In this document: positions 41,551 through 55,843 of the stretch, in pieces
Layout of the letters: each line of letters opens with the position of its first letter
How positions within the stretch are numbered: the first letter of the stretch is position 1
NCBI GenBank assembly: GCA_030141605.1
Contig: JAQGDQ010000336.1
Location: 194,357-258,356 of the forward strand
Direction of reading: 5' to 3'
DNA: 64,000 nucleotides
Source: Tubiluchus corallicola
Taxonomy: Eukaryota > Animalia > Priapulida
The notes under the pieces: generated by a model
What the model saw: the letters and a program-made list of their open reading frames with translations, nothing else
Told to the model about the DNA's origin: nothing
The model's database searches: none
Position numbers and translations under genes: made by a program

Positions 41551-41999
41551 GTTTTTACTGAAAAAAAGTAAAATTCAGTCACTGCAAAAAATGGACCTAC
41601 CATAATAATAGTTATTGTATAACTCATTAAAATGATTAACTACTTATTTATACAAGCAAAACTAAAAATAAACACAATACCGGTTAAATTTATGCCTGAG
41701 CAACGTTTTGTTACAAAACAAAAAGTCAAGGTTTAAATTAGCTTTATAAATTAACAACAGTCAGAAATACACGAAGAAATTAATAACAAGGTTAAACAAC
41801 AACTTCAAGAAATCGTTAGCTGGAACTGACTGTAATGTTCCCAAAAATTCAGTCACTCACTTTAAAAAGTTACAACCTTCAAGCCAATAAACTGAAACTA
41901 AATGTGCGACGCGTAAGCTTACAATTATTATTTTCACAAAAGTTAGTACTTGCTAAATTTCCAACGTAAAATGAACAGAAACCATGTCTGGTAAATCGT

Positions 42000-42125
42000 C
42001 AAATCCACGCCTTCGTTTCGCACCGGTAACCGGAAGTTTGCATTACGCACGTGCAGCACGATCAGGCGACCAGACAGCCAATAGTGTTGTGACTGACAGC
42101 TCAGCAGACACCTCACGCCATTCAA
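42000..42125 (-). promoter_or_regulatory. Putative HMGCS promoter with sterol-regulatory architecture
   Basis: CpG-rich patch about 500 bp upstream of the ATG. Contains Ets CCGGAAGT (42030-42037), E-box CACGTG (42048-42053), NF-Y AGCCAAT (42076-42082) and SRE-like CTCACGCCAT (42112-42121). Confidence 0.55.
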
Positions 42126-42269
42126 GGACGGCTACCGTAAAGTTGACAAGGGCAATACACTACTAACAATAATTAACAATATTCTAGGCTTTCTAGCGAA
42201 ACACTTTCGTGGAGGTTTTTTTTTGTAAGAGATGCTGCGACAGTGTATAAATGGTATCTATGTATAATG

Positions 42270-42669
42270 GCAAAAAAATAAAAGCAAATCATAACGCTGA
42301 AATCGTTGCGTTTCAAAGGCGAATTTACAAAAACATTTTGGGTAATAGATGGCCAAAGAAAATTTCAAACAAAGATTTATATGAAAAAATAAAAGAAGAA
42401 CCTTGGACAAGAAAAATAAAAAGACGCAGTTTAAGATGGATTGGGCATTTGCTTAGACTACCTGATGATATTCCAGTGAAGATAACAAGCTATAGAACGA
42501 GCTAAAAACCTGCAGGAGAACAAATGTTAACATATTTAGATTTTGCACTGAAAGATTTAAACACTTCAGCATAGATCCTTAGAAATAAATTCATTTGAGT
42601 CCTTGCAGCGTGTAGAGAGTCCTGGCGTAGGGAGGTGAGCAGAATCATGTCACTGGACGTGTGATTTAT

Positions 42670-42745
<76 letters not shown>
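42270..42745 (+). mobile_element. 5'-truncated RTE-type LINE 3' end with (GAT)n tail
   Basis: AFQRRIYKNILGNRWPKKISNKDLYEKIKEEPWTRKIKRRSLRWIGHLLRLP is typical of the RTE ORF2 C-terminus. The frame is disrupted. (GAT)n tail at 42672-42745. Confidence 0.8.
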
Positions 42746-42746
<1 letters not shown>

Positions 42747-43989
42747 ATAATGGCGTCGTTCCCTTAAATGACTCAGGAGCATTAAAATTAAAATTTACAG
42801 ATAATGCACAAACATATAAAAATACAACACAATAAAAATTACATTAAGAATGAATAAAATTTATGAGTGTTGGAGAGACACAAAGAAAAAAGGTAGTTAC
42901 ACAAAAGAAAGTTATCATCATTAACAAAACAAAACAAAATAATTTAAAATTTGCTGCTAACACAAGCGAAGAACCAGATTTTCTTTTGAAACTCTGAAAA
43001 CTAAGCCACCCTGAGGTCCCTGACCTTTTTTACATCAATTGGGATGCACCACAGTTACACTTCCCAACACCCACCCCTTTTAACACACAGCAATTCATCT
43101 CCCAAATAGTGGCTGTGGAACTACGTACAAAGTAATCATATTGCTAGCAAGCCAACATGCTGGGTCAGAAACTACATATACAGCCTACTATGCATGCAAG
43201 TTTGTGTACAGATTAAGACTAAGATTAGTTCCTTAGTTCTGCAGCCACACAACTATATTAATAAGCCTTTTCACAGTTCGATTGGCGTTGATAGTGAAAA
43301 GGTCAAAGGTTAAGTTGCAGTTTCAACGCCTCAAAGCCCGTACTATTGTAGCTGTTACAGTTTTAAGAACCTAACCTAGTTCGTTTTTTCTTATTCCAAA
43401 GCAAGTTTTTGCTAATAAATCTGTTTACGCACAGACTAATGTGCAAAAAAGCAAGTCCATGTAAAAAACTGAAGCTACTGAACCGATGCGGCAGGCAGCT
43501 TTGCTTTATCCCCCATGTGACGATTGTATTATTCCAACATTGTTAAGTGGGAGCGAGCTCCTGAAATGTGTGAATGTTGTAATGACGTAGAAGCTAGAGA
43601 GCTATACTATTCCAAAATTGGACTAGGCTAAGAACTTCTGAAAGTTATTACATGCTGTGATGACACAAATGGTAAAGAGCTATACTACTTCAAAGTGTCA
43701 ACAGACACAAGCCATTGAACGATGGGAAAACCTGCAACGAGTTAATATCTGAAAGCCATACTACTTACAGATCATAGCAAACTAGAAACTCATAAAAGAT
43801 GAGAAAAACAGCAACAGCGCAAAATCTAGCGAACCATAGTACTTATGGATTTTATTAAGGGGTGAAAAAGTCAAAGCTTATCGTCCAAGGGTCAAAGTCT
43901 GGGTTCAAGTTTGCTGAACTAATAGATCTATCTAAAGGCATTGTTATTACTATTATAATTTTTATTATTACTATTATTAATAAAATATA

Positions 43990-44668
43990 TAATATTATAT
44001 TATATTGTATTGTATTGTATTGTGTTGTGTTGTGTTGTGTTGTGTTGTGTTGTGTTGTGTTGTGTTGTGTTGTGTTGTGTTGTGTTGTGTTGTGTTGTGT
44101 TGTGTTGTGTTGTATTGTATTGTATTGTATTGTATTGTATTGTATTGTATTGTATTGTATTGTATTGTATTGTATTGTATTGTATTGTATTGTATTGTAT
44201 TGTATTGTATTGTATTGTATTGTATTGTATTGTATTGTATTGTATTGTATTGTATTGTATTGTATTGTATTGCATTGCATTGCATTGCATTGCATTGCAT
44301 TGCATTGCATTGCATTGCATTGCATTGCATTGCATTGCATTGCATTGCATTGCATTGTACTGTACTGTATTGCATCGCATCCTATCATATTAATCATATC
44401 ATATCATATCATTACATTACATTAGATTATGTTATGTTATGTTATGTTATGTTATGTTATGTTATGTTATGTTATGTTATGTTATGTTATGTTATGTTAT
44501 GTTATGTTATGTTATGTTATGTTATGTTATGTTATGTTATGTTATGTTATGTTATGTTATGTTATGTTATGTTATGTTATGTTATGTTATGTTATGTTAT
44601 GTTATGTTATGTTATGTTATGTTATGTTATGTTATGTTATGTTATGTTATGTTATGTTATGTTATGTT
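43990..44668. repeat. Compound pentanucleotide microsatellite
   Basis: Successive blocks of (ATATT), (TTGTA), (TTGTG), (TTGTA), (TTGCA), (ATATC), (ATTAC) and (TTATG). Confidence 0.97.
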
Positions 44669-45050
44669 ACATATTATTACATCTTGTAGCATATAAGTAG
44701 CTATGAAATCGGATGAATAGGTGGTTAATTATCATAACAATTGCAGACGCATTCAATTTTTTTCAAAAACTTTTTTTTACATTTAGATCATCAAGATACA
44801 GAGGCTTATAAACCATCGTTCAGTTTTATATGCCAGACATATTCGGCTATCACACGCGAGAGCATTGTTCTATTGTTTCGAGGTTCGCATTTCTGAAGTT
44901 CGAGTTCGAGTCAAAGAATTTCGTGTGCAAATCTATGACTTGAGTTTTTACCACTGACTATAGACAAGAAGCTCATGAAAGGTGAGAAGTGTCGTAATGC
45001 CGTAGGAAAAACAAAGATATATTTCTCCAAGACTGTAGCAGATGGAAACT

Positions 45051-45431
45051 CGAGGTTAGCATCGAAGGTCGAACTTTCCAATCGAGTTCGAATTTTAAAA
45101 TTATAGGTTCGAATAATTCAGCGCTTTAACCACATACGTTCTTTTGTCGTTAAAATCCTTTAAAAGTCACGCAATTAGCACAATTTCATAACGGTTTTTA
45201 CCCGCCATTTTTAAGCTAATCATTAGCAGTTTTATTGCAGAACAAAATCAAGTATTAGGGCCTGTGCCTGATCTTTGTAAAACTGCTTTTTACTGAGAGT
45301 TCGCTAACTTGTTCAAAAGGCTTTTAAATTCAATTCGTGTTCGAAATGCTGAGATTCGATTTGATTCGATTCTCAAAAATCACAAATTCAATTCGATTCG
45401 AATTCGATTTCTGGTGGAGGATGCTCACCCC
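45051..45431 (+). mobile_element. MITE-like element with TTCGAA-rich subterminal repeats, copy 1
   Basis: Ends in GCTCACCCC and aligns by eye to the reverse complement of 46963-47226. Confidence 0.55.
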
Positions 45432-46241
45432 CCACCCCCCCTAATGGAGACTATGAAACGTGTGAAAAGCTACAATAGCTCAAAAGCCAAGGAACCTGTT
45501 GTGTTCTGTTTTTCTTAAACGGCTCGTAGAGAAAACCAGAAAACACGTTATCAAATTAAACAGGAGAATCCCTCAACACAAAGTATGAAGGAACGCAAAA
45601 TGTGAATGGTCAAGTGATACAATAGCATACAATAATTTGAGAATCCGAGATTAATGAGAGAATGCGAGAACATGAGAACAAAACTTGAGTGGCCAGCTCC
45701 GCCCTATATATCAATGCAAATGAACAATCTAGAAATAGAAAGTTCTCAAATCTTCTACATGGTGAGAAGGTTGTTCTACTATACTCTAGAATATTCCAGA
45801 TCTCCACAACAGAACCATACTACTTATAGATTATAGCAGGTTATAAATTCACGAACAGTATAACAGTGTAACTAATGGTTTAGAAGCTAGAGAGATATAC
45901 AATTCTAAGATGGCTGCAGGAAAAAACTCCCGAAAGATAAGAAAAACTACAAAGGAAGTGATGAAAAGAGAAAAGTGAAGTCATGGTTTAGAAGCTAGAA
46001 GGTATCACTACCTTGAGATTGCAGCAGTTATATTCGTAATAAGTGTGTTATATTCTTCTACCACTTTACATCGATTTCTTTTTCGATAATGTGACTTTAT
46101 CGCAGGTTATTTTCATCAGTTTTTGAGGATTGCTAATTGTATACCGTATTTTTACCAAAAATGCATTGAATCTAATGTTTTTCTGTCCTTTCGCATTTGT
46201 GTTAATAATAATTCAATTTTGCTTCGACGAAGAGACAGGGG

Positions 46242-46514
<273 letters not shown>

Positions 46515-46962
46515 AAGCCACACGATGAGATGAATTTGAAGAACCTGCAGAAGCGAATCGAATCGAAAGAAAACGAAAACTGCCTGGAAAACGCATTTTG
46601 GGTAGTTTTATATGAAAAAACAACTTCGCAGTTTGTCCAGGACAATTCTAACCAGGACCGATCATACACCCCTTTTCCAGCTCTCTTTCTGCAAATTAGA
46701 ACGAATAAGTTTCCTTCGCGATACAGCAAAGTTACCTGCAGATAGCTAGGTCAATTTGTACCATACCCAGATTGCTATATTTGCATAATTTTTACCCAGG
46801 CGTGTCTTTGTGTGGATACTAAGCAAATAGTAATTATAATCGCTGCTCTGTCGATCAGAAGTCATGAAGATCAGTGCATCAGCAGAATTGAACTATAGGT
46901 TCAACCATAGTGCAGCTTGGAGTCATAGATCTGGCATTGCATTATAGTATTGTAGTTAAGCA

Positions 46963-47226
46963 TGAGCGTTCTCTACCAAAAAGCGAATTCGAATCGAATC
47001 GAATTTCGGTCTTTTGAATCCAAATCGAATTCGAATTGAGTTTGAAAGATTTTTGAACAAGTTTTCGAACAAGTTTTCGAATCACTAGTAAAAAGTTGTT
47101 TTACAGAGATCATGCAAGTTACTTGATTTTGGTCTGCAGTAGAACCACTATTAGTTTGTTAAAAACTGCAGCTAAATTGTGCCAACTTCATGCTACGTTC
47201 GAACTCGAACGTTCGATACTCACCCC
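46963..47226 (-). mobile_element. Same MITE-like family, copy 2 (inverted)
   Basis: Shares caaaatcaagta, tgatct-tgtaaaac, aacttgttcaaaa and ttcgattcgaattcg blocks with copy 1. Terminus ...ctcacccc. Confidence 0.55.
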
Positions 47227-47479
47227 AATTGCAGTATTACAAAAAAAATAAATAAAATAAGATTGAAAAGAAAACAAAAGAATAATGTTAACAACTGCAC
47301 AAAATAATTATATTGTTAATAAAAGCGTAGAAGAGCATGTCCTCGTTTATGTACGACAATGCCACTTCAACAATAGTAAAAATATGTATTGATGTAATAA
47401 ACTCTCTTAAGGTGATATTCTTAACATGTATATTGAGAGTTAAGGCAATTCTCTCTGCATAAATCTACACATCTGTATG

Positions 47480-48177
<698 letters not shown>

Positions 48178-49239
48178 TATGCAGATGTACACGCAAAGAA
48201 TGAATTTCAATTAGCGTTTTTGAATTACTAGTTTCAGTTGCACATAACATACATTTAATTCTTAATGAGAAGAGTAGGAATATTAGTTTAAAAAAATCCA
48301 CAGTGATAATATAAGAAAACAAAATTGATGCTTTATTCTGTCTTGAAAACAATTCAAAGCTTTATACCACTAAAATGCTGAAGGTGTCTGCCCGTTTCTT
48401 TGGTAATGATTTTTACTAATCATTTTAATTTTTCTCCTTAAGGATTTTCTCCATATTATGTACGTATCAAACTACTAATTCATATCTGCTTAGTTGAAAC
48501 TTTTCACTAATGAAACGTGCTTCTTTTATGAAAAAAACTTGCCAAAGCATGAAGCAGGACCAGGCTACTAAAACGACATATAATTATAACATGCTAAAGC
48601 CATTCCATGATAAAAGAAATTTAATGTTAGCTGTATACTAAACAGTTTTATTGCTCCCATATGCTTATTTATAATAGCTACAACCAAGCCATTACATCAG
48701 GGTCATATAGGGGACAAATTCGTAAATATAAATGCCTTGCAATGTAAATTACATTCACTTAATAGAGATGCAATAGACTCTAATCAGCCTGAAAAAACTG
48801 GGATCAATTTCATCACAGTGAGCAATATTTGCTCGACCAAACTGATAATGCTGATTGGTATAGTAATCTGTTTATTATCTATTATTTGTACAGACAACAG
48901 GCTTACACAAACGGAGAAATTATTTTGTACACGTATAGAGAGAGATATACTAGGCTACATGAACCCAGGGTATGTGATCAGAGTTCACGCATATTAATGC
49001 GATGCCTTTTTGACTCCTGGACCGCAGCATTACATTGAGGGAGTAGACGAAGGTTTAATTTGGATTTTTCTTCTGCTGAAGTTCTCAAAAATTTCGAAAT
49101 GTTCATTCGCTTTTTTGTAAATCTCAGAGAATCTCTAACCGGCAGAGTTGTTGGTCCACAGATGTTTGTTAAATGCTCTTAGGGGTACCAAATTGTGACC
49201 AACCCTAACCCGTTTATTAGTGAAAGTGGAATGATCTTG

Positions 49240-49314
49240 CTGATATATACCGAGACTTATAAGTCATCAGCAACAACTTAGTCTTAGTAGGAATAACTGG
49301 CTTATCAAAACAAG
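49240..49314 (+). promoter_or_regulatory. Candidate apoLp core promoter
   Basis: TATA-like TATATA (49244) and TATAAG (49258), followed by Inr-like TTAGT at 49278 and 49284, just upstream of the ATG. Confidence 0.35.
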
Positions 49315-49384
49315 ATGGAGGGAGCCAGAACAAGAACGTTAATTCTGTTGGCTTTGGCGCTCTTGGCTGCAAAAGCTTTTGCAG
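49315..49384 (+). CDS. apoLp: Apolipophorin-II/I-like large lipid transfer protein, exon 1 (signal peptide)
   Basis: aagATGg start context. MEGARTRTLILLALALLAAKAFA is a signal peptide ending in A-F-A. Donor |gtatgc, phase 1. Confidence 0.85.
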
Positions 49385-49403
49385 GTATGCTAGATTTCTT
49401 TCT

Positions 49404-49713
49404 AAATTTTCACAAAGTTGTTATAGTGGTTACTTTATTTATCTGAATTTTTGCATTGTTTTATTATACTAGTTTTTTAAAATATTTCTTCAGTATTAAT
49501 ATTTTGCATTTTTTTCTAAACTGTGTTAAAGTTTTCCAGCTATATCATGACTTCAAAATTTTTCACAAAGTTGTTATAGTGGTTACTTTATTTATCTGAA
49601 TTTTTGCATTGTTTTATTATACTAGCTTTTTTTAAATATTTCTTCAGTATTAATATTTTGCATTTTTTTTCTAAACTGTGTTAAAGTTTTTCAGCTACAT
49701 GATGGCTTCAAAA
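49404..49713. repeat. About 153-bp tandem duplication in apoLp intron 1
   Basis: cacaaagttgttatagtgg... occurs at 49411 and 49564, and the two copies are near-identical. Confidence 0.92.
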
Positions 49714-50020
49714 ATTTAATCATTGTTATAAAATGGCCAAATGTCGACCAATCAAGCTCATATTAGTCTAAACAACTTTGGCCTAAATTACTGAATAATT
49801 TTTTTGAGAATTCAGCCTGCTAAATTAAGATTTTGTTGTCTCAAACTCTTAGATCTTTTGTTTATTTTTCTTATTGGTGTTACGCAAAATCCTACTAATA
49901 ACTATCATTCCATTATTATTCTCGTTACGCCGATTATTGATTTTAATAAGCAGATTATAAAATTGATTTATAGATTCTAGATTCTAGATTATAATTTAAA
50001 TTTATTTAATTTTTTTGCAG

Positions 50021-50074
50021 TACCATTAGATGTTAGTTATGACAATCAATGCTCACATACATGCGTTGTACCAG
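50021..50074 (+). CDS. apoLp: apoLp-like exon 2
   Basis: ttttttgcag| ... |gtaagt, phase 1/1. Encodes (V)PLDVSYDNQCSHTCVVP with the CxxxC seen at apoLp N-termini. Confidence 0.8.
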
Positions 50075-51377
50075 GTAAGTTATTTTTCATGTAATCATTA
50101 TCATAATTTTCACACTGATTCTTACACGCTAACTGCTGCTGTCAAACTTCAAAGGAGTTCGATGAATATGCGCATAGATATCTAAAAAATGTTTAGGCTA
50201 ATACAAGGCGCTAGATTAAAAAATTGACGAATTGCGGCTATCAAACTTCAGAGGACTTCGGGAAAAAATTATATGGTTAATAACAGTTTCACCACGCAGG
50301 AAGACCCAAAACTGATTTTGACCCTTTAAAACTGTGACGAAAACTGAAATTGCTGCTGCAAGGAATTCAATAGTTTTAGCAGGCAATTGCTTATGCCAAA
50401 CTGATTAGAATAATTACATGATAAACGTTCTTCAATGTCCTTTAACTCATTATTTAACAAACAGCTCTTTAAACACGGTCTGTTTGATAAAAATTTAGGC
50501 CTATTCTGCATAATTTCAAGCCAAAGTTATTGCGTCTAATCACAGAGGTAGGTCAAGGATCAATAAGTCAACAAATCAGGGTTAGCGAGAGAGCAAAGAC
50601 TGTCTCCACGTGTGATAAGTGACGTTAACAAGAGTCAAAAGATCGATAATTTGCTTGCACTGCTCAATCACTTGTCAATCATTATTGTTTGTTTAAATGG
50701 CATAGATTGTCATTATCACTAATTTGCTTTACATACCTAAGGTCGTTGCCAGTATCAGTTTTTCAATGCTATATTTTGCAGATTGGAGTGCAAAAAACTT
50801 TCAATAATAGCAATCAATTTTATTTTTCGGGTTAATTATACTAGTCTTGGCAAGAAAACATTGAATTTTCTTGTAGAAGATCAAACAATCGTATAGCGGG
50901 TTGCGTGAAGTTCTTGGTCTGACAATAAAGTTTACATCCGGTTTTCCTGTTTTCTTGCAACGCAGTTAACTGGTTAGGCGCGCTATGATAGCACAAACAA
51001 AAAATTTACCAGCGGTGCGTTGCAGTCACTAAATCTCATTCAAGTAGAAAATTGCACAAGCTGTGAAAGCATAAAATACAAATATGTATTATTGGCGTGG
51101 TTTACTTTTTACAAAACGAAACTTTTATTGCATTATTTTGTATTTATTTTTAAGAAATTAATGTATTTTTACGACAGTTTTTGTGGACATAGCAGCATTT
51201 GGAGCGAATACTTTGCTTTCAGGTTCCAAATTATTTTGACGTTATGTCAACACAATGAGTTAACCTTCAATAAATTTTAGTGATGGCTTCAAATTGGATA
51301 CAACAGCTACCGAACTATCCACAAAAATGAATAAACGAGTAAAATTTAATCGGCTAACTTGTTTATTTTTGTTTTAG

Positions 51378-51538
51378 ATGAGCCAAAGTTTAGGTATGAG
51401 CCAGGCGCGACATACATTTACAAATATGAAGCTAGCACTTTAACTGTCCTGCAGGGTTCTAGAACCGAGGGCAGTGGACTTCATATAGAATCCACTGTCC
51501 AGATACAGGTGCTGACACCATGTGACATGGTCCTGCGG
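51378..51538 (+). CDS. apoLp: apoLp-like exon 3 (start of the Vitellogenin_N / LLT domain)
   Basis: (D)EPKFRYEPGATYIYKYEAST...VQIQVLTPCDMVLR with canonical splice sites. Confidence 0.92.
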
Positions 51539-51797
51539 GTAAGCAGTCGTGGTTTTTGTACCGTTATTTTACCCCACTTTACAGTTTATTTCCTTTTTTG
51601 TGTTATAAGTTCTGTACATTAATAACGAAACTTTCAGTTTTTGTGATTTTCCCAGTAAGTCTTAAATTAATTTTATTTATTTTTTGATTGGCTTTTGTTT
51701 GGTTACGTTTTTTTACCTAATAGATTGTACAATAACAAGACTTGCAGAATGCATAACTGCGTAAGCGGGTGGTGATTATAAACCAATATATTTACAG

Positions 51798-52046
51798 TTA
51801 CGGGATGTGTCACTGTACGAAAGCGACCCGGACAACATAAACCGGAAAACGCCGTCTAGTGGCACCCGAGAATTCCAGCAGGCTCTTGAAGCAAACGACT
51901 TACGTTTTGCTTTCCAAGATGGCCGCATCGGTGACATTTGCCCGGACAGCGACGAATCCACATGGACTCTGAATATGAAACGCGGTATTTTGTCGGCTTT
52001 CCAGAATTCGATGAGTAATCTCAACCAAAATGATCATGTGCATGAG
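51798..52046 (+). CDS. apoLp: apoLp-like exon 4
   Basis: LRFAFQDGRIGDICPDSDESTWTLNMKRGILSAFQN carries the LLT N-x-K-R-G-I-L-S motif. tttacag| ... |gtgagt. Confidence 0.94.
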
Positions 52047-52296
52047 GTGAGTTACCGGAAAATCTCTTGTTTTACTTTCTCTCAATAGATGGTGCTGATT
52101 TCGCTTGGCTGTCTACTATACAAGCAGCTCATAGTAGTCTAAACTTGTAACCTACGTCACTCTAACACCATTTATACACTTCAGGGACAATTTTGTTGTA
52201 AAAACGTTTGTTATTTAATGCTTTGTAACGATTTAAAGCACAAGAAAACACTCACTCATCTTAAACAAGGCTTAAAAAATTTGTGTTGACAAAACT

Positions 52297-52381
52297 AAAC
52301 AAGAAACTAGCACCATCTGTTGAGCAGAATGGAATATACCAAACAAGAAACTAGCACCATCTGTTGAGCAGAATGGAATAT
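52297..52381. repeat. 44-bp tandem duplication
   Basis: aaacaagaaactagcaccatctgttgagcagaatggaatat occurs twice. Confidence 0.9.
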
Positions 52382-52963
52382 CGACAATACATCTATCGGG
52401 CAGATACACTCAATCAACAAACTTGAGCAACATGTTGTAAGTTGATCTGATATTAAGTAACAAGAAAACACACTTCATTTAAAGCTTAAAAAATCTGTCT
52501 TTGAAATTCTGTATCACTTACGCATGCTGTCTTATTGCATACGGAGCTTGTAACAGCAGTATCCCTGTATAAAACTTGTAAATTTAAACTCTTACGATGA
52601 CCGTTAGGAGCAGCCATTTTAACGGGAAGTTGTTTGAAACAAGTTTAGACAACATTGTGTAAAGTTTGAAGAAATTATCAGAGCATTCGTAGCGCACAAT
52701 TTCACAAACTCAGCAAAAGTATATATGGCTTCATATTGTCAGTAATATTATCAATCACGTGTCTTCTGGTGAACCAGTGGTGCACACTGGGATTTTAAAT
52801 TTTAATTTTTCTTATTGCTAAATAATATAAGTCTGTATGGAAATTTTTTTTTGAAATTTACCTGAATTTTTCTTTCTTCTCCTTTAAGGATGTCTATTCT
52901 ATTCAGCTTGTTTTTCTTTTGCATATCATGACTAAAGGTTCGCTTACACTGTCGCTTTTTCAG

Positions 52964-53116
52964 ACCGACATTGCTGGCAACTGCAAAGCGCAATACAACG
53001 TGCAGGAAACGTACTGGGGACGCGTCACCGTCAACAAAACTAAAGATCTGATTGGCTGTACCGATCGTCATGGCGACAGCAGCGCACTACAGTCCAACCA
53101 GTACCACGTCAATTCA
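52964..53116 (+). CDS. apoLp: apoLp-like exon 5
   Basis: TDIAGNCKAQYNV...VNKTKDLIGCTDR (LLT motifs), phase 0/0. Confidence 0.93.
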
Positions 53117-53184
53117 GTAAGCGTTTCCCTTTAATTTTCCGACAGTTAAGTCTAGTTCTGTAAATGGAATTTGTTGTAGTATTT

Positions 53185-53515
53185 GTCATCATCATCATCT
53201 TCACCATCGTCATCATCTATTATGCATCCGAGGGCATGATTCTGTTCACCTCCCTATGCCAGGACTCCCTACTCGCTGTAATGTCCTAAGTGTTAGATAT
53301 TAAACGTCATTGCAGTTCGTTATCCATTGAATCATACGTCCAAGGACATGTTGCTATTACCTCTTATCATCGTCACCATCGTCATCATCATCATCATCAT
53401 CCAATGAATCATACGTCCAAGAACATGTTGCTATTACCTCTTACCATCATCACCATCGTCATCATCATCATCATCCAATGAATCATACGTCCAAGAACAT
53501 GTTGCTATTAGCTCT

Positions 53516-53547
<32 letters not shown>

Positions 53548-54090
53548 TCCAATGAATCATACGTCCAAGAACATGTTACGATTACCTCTTATCATCATCA
53601 TCATCACCATCATCATCATCATTACCATCATCATCACCATCATCTTCATTATCTTCTTCTTCTTCCTCATCATCATTGTCATCATCATACAACGAATCAT
53701 ACGTGCAGTGACATGATTCTGCTCACCTCTCTATGCCAGGACTCCCTACTCGCCGCAATGCCCCAAGTACATTTATTTCTAAGGATCAATGCTGAAGTGT
53801 TTAAATCTTTCTGTGCAAAATCTAAATATGTTAACATTTGTCCTCCTGCAGGTTTTTTAGCTGGTTCTATGGTTTGTTGAAGAGCTATCTTCACTGGACT
53901 ATCATTAGTCTAAGCATGTGTCTAATCCATCTTAAGCGACGCCATTTTATTTTTTGACCAAATTTTTTTCACACGTGTTTTCTTGAGATTTTTTTGGCAA
54001 TCTAATGTATACCCAAAATGTTTCTGTAATCTTAATTTAATGTAATTTAATTTTAATTTAATTTTGCCTTTGAAACATGACAATTTCAGC
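53185..54090 (-). mobile_element. Second copy of the same RTE-type LINE family in apoLp intron 5, with a tandemly amplified tail
   Basis: 53695-54030 is the reverse complement of about 42330-42665. There is an extra 3' fragment at 53185-53290 and four ~75-bp tail repeats at 53328-53650. Confidence 0.8.
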
Positions 54091-54192
54091 TTTATAGTTT
54101 CCTTTTAACATCTTGAGTTCAGAGTTGTAGAGAAATACAGTTTCAACTAAGAATACATTGCCTGGTTAATATGGGAAATCTTTTACTTGTAG

Positions 54193-54388
54193 GACATACA
54201 GTCTTTGCCATTAATGGATAGTTCCCACCACTGTCAGCAGATCATTGCCAGACAAATTCTGGAGAAATCTTACTGCAAAGAGACGCATCTGTTCCGACCG
54301 TTTAGCAAAGACAACAGCGGTGCACTCACTACGACCAGACAGACCCTCACGTTCAACAACAAATACAGGGGAACTCAAAGTCGCATGA
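54193..54388 (+). CDS. apoLp: apoLp-like exon 6
   Basis: DIQSLPLMDSSHHCQQII...CKETHLFRPFSKDNSGALTTTRQTLTF, phase 0/1. Confidence 0.92.
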
Positions 54389-54740
54389 GTATGTAATACT
54401 GATATTAATATGATGTGGGTTTTTAATTGTTTGTGGTGTGCTAAGTGAATTTGATTTTAATGTTTGTCAGATTTGTTTTAGCTTGTGAATGTGTTGCATT
54501 ATTTTTGTTTTGTATCACCCAAGTAAAATGCATTTGTAAAATGTAAGAAACATTCAGCAATCAGGCAAATCTTTGCCAGTAATTATGTCAATTCATGCTG
54601 CTAAGATTTCCAACTTTCTATTATAAGTTATGCTGCAAATATGATCTGCTTAGTAATATCTATTATGTTAAGTTTAAAATAAAGGTTTTTGGAAAAGAGA
54701 GTCTTATATCAGTTCGGTTTAAAACGGTTTTATTTCTTAG

Positions 54741-54838
54741 ACTACATATCGTACCGGACGTCCATGCTCTTTGACCACGAATACAACGGTGAACAGAACA
54801 AGAATTACGAGAATGAAGTTGAGGTTATTTTGCGCCAG
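54741..54838 (+). CDS. apoLp: apoLp-like exon 7
   Basis: (N)YISYRTSMLFDHEY...VILRQ, phase 1/0. ttcttag| ... |gtacgt. Confidence 0.9.
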
Positions 54839-54883
54839 GTACGTTTCACATTTTACATTATTTGCTTGCTTTAATTCATTGTA

Positions 54884-55083
<200 letters not shown>

Positions 55084-55649
55084 GAGTTTATTTCGTATAA
55101 AAATATACAGTTTACAAAGATAAAGATGTTAGTAAAACAGGTAATGCGATGTTAGTAAAGTAACATATCTACAGACATTCAACTTTATAATAACCACACA
55201 TTGTAGTTCCCTTGTAATATTACAGTATACAGTGTTGTAAGGAGCTATAATAGATATCTTAAAACATAATCTTTAAATGAGTTCTTAACCTTTAATTTTA
55301 CATTTTCGTTTAGATCTACAGTACAACCATATTTAAATCTTAAATTTACTCGACTGTTATTTACATAGTAGCATAGCTTTGGAATTCTCAATGTGCAAGA
55401 GTTTGCAATTTTTCTAAAGTTTAATTTTCGACTATCTATTAAATAATTCGCAGGCATTGTGCCACAAAAATACATTAACAATTTGACACTTTCATTTTGT
55501 CTAAAACCGAATATTTTTCTATAAGCAGTTATATAACAAGCGGATTATTAGCGACCCATGAAAGTGGGAACGAATTTTTTGATACGCCATCGCTACGAAC
55601 TTACTTTCTTTGTCGATGGTTGCTTAACGGCGGTAATGAATTGTTTCAG

Positions 55650-55798
55650 ATCTGCGAGAACGTAGCGGAGGACATCCGCCCGGAGACACCACAGCTTTTC
55701 TCTAATCTCGTCTACAAGCTGCGCGAACTGAGCGCCGATCGACTGAAGAGCTTGTTTTCACGCGTGGACAACATCTGCCCCAGTCACACAAAGACAAA
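55650..55798 (+). CDS. apoLp: apoLp-like exon 8
   Basis: ICENVAEDIRPETPQLFSNLVYKLRELS..., phase 0/2. Confidence 0.9.
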
Positions 55799-55843
55799 GT
55801 AAGTTGAAAATCAGAAGAACATTTTTCATGAACTTTTTGTTAA

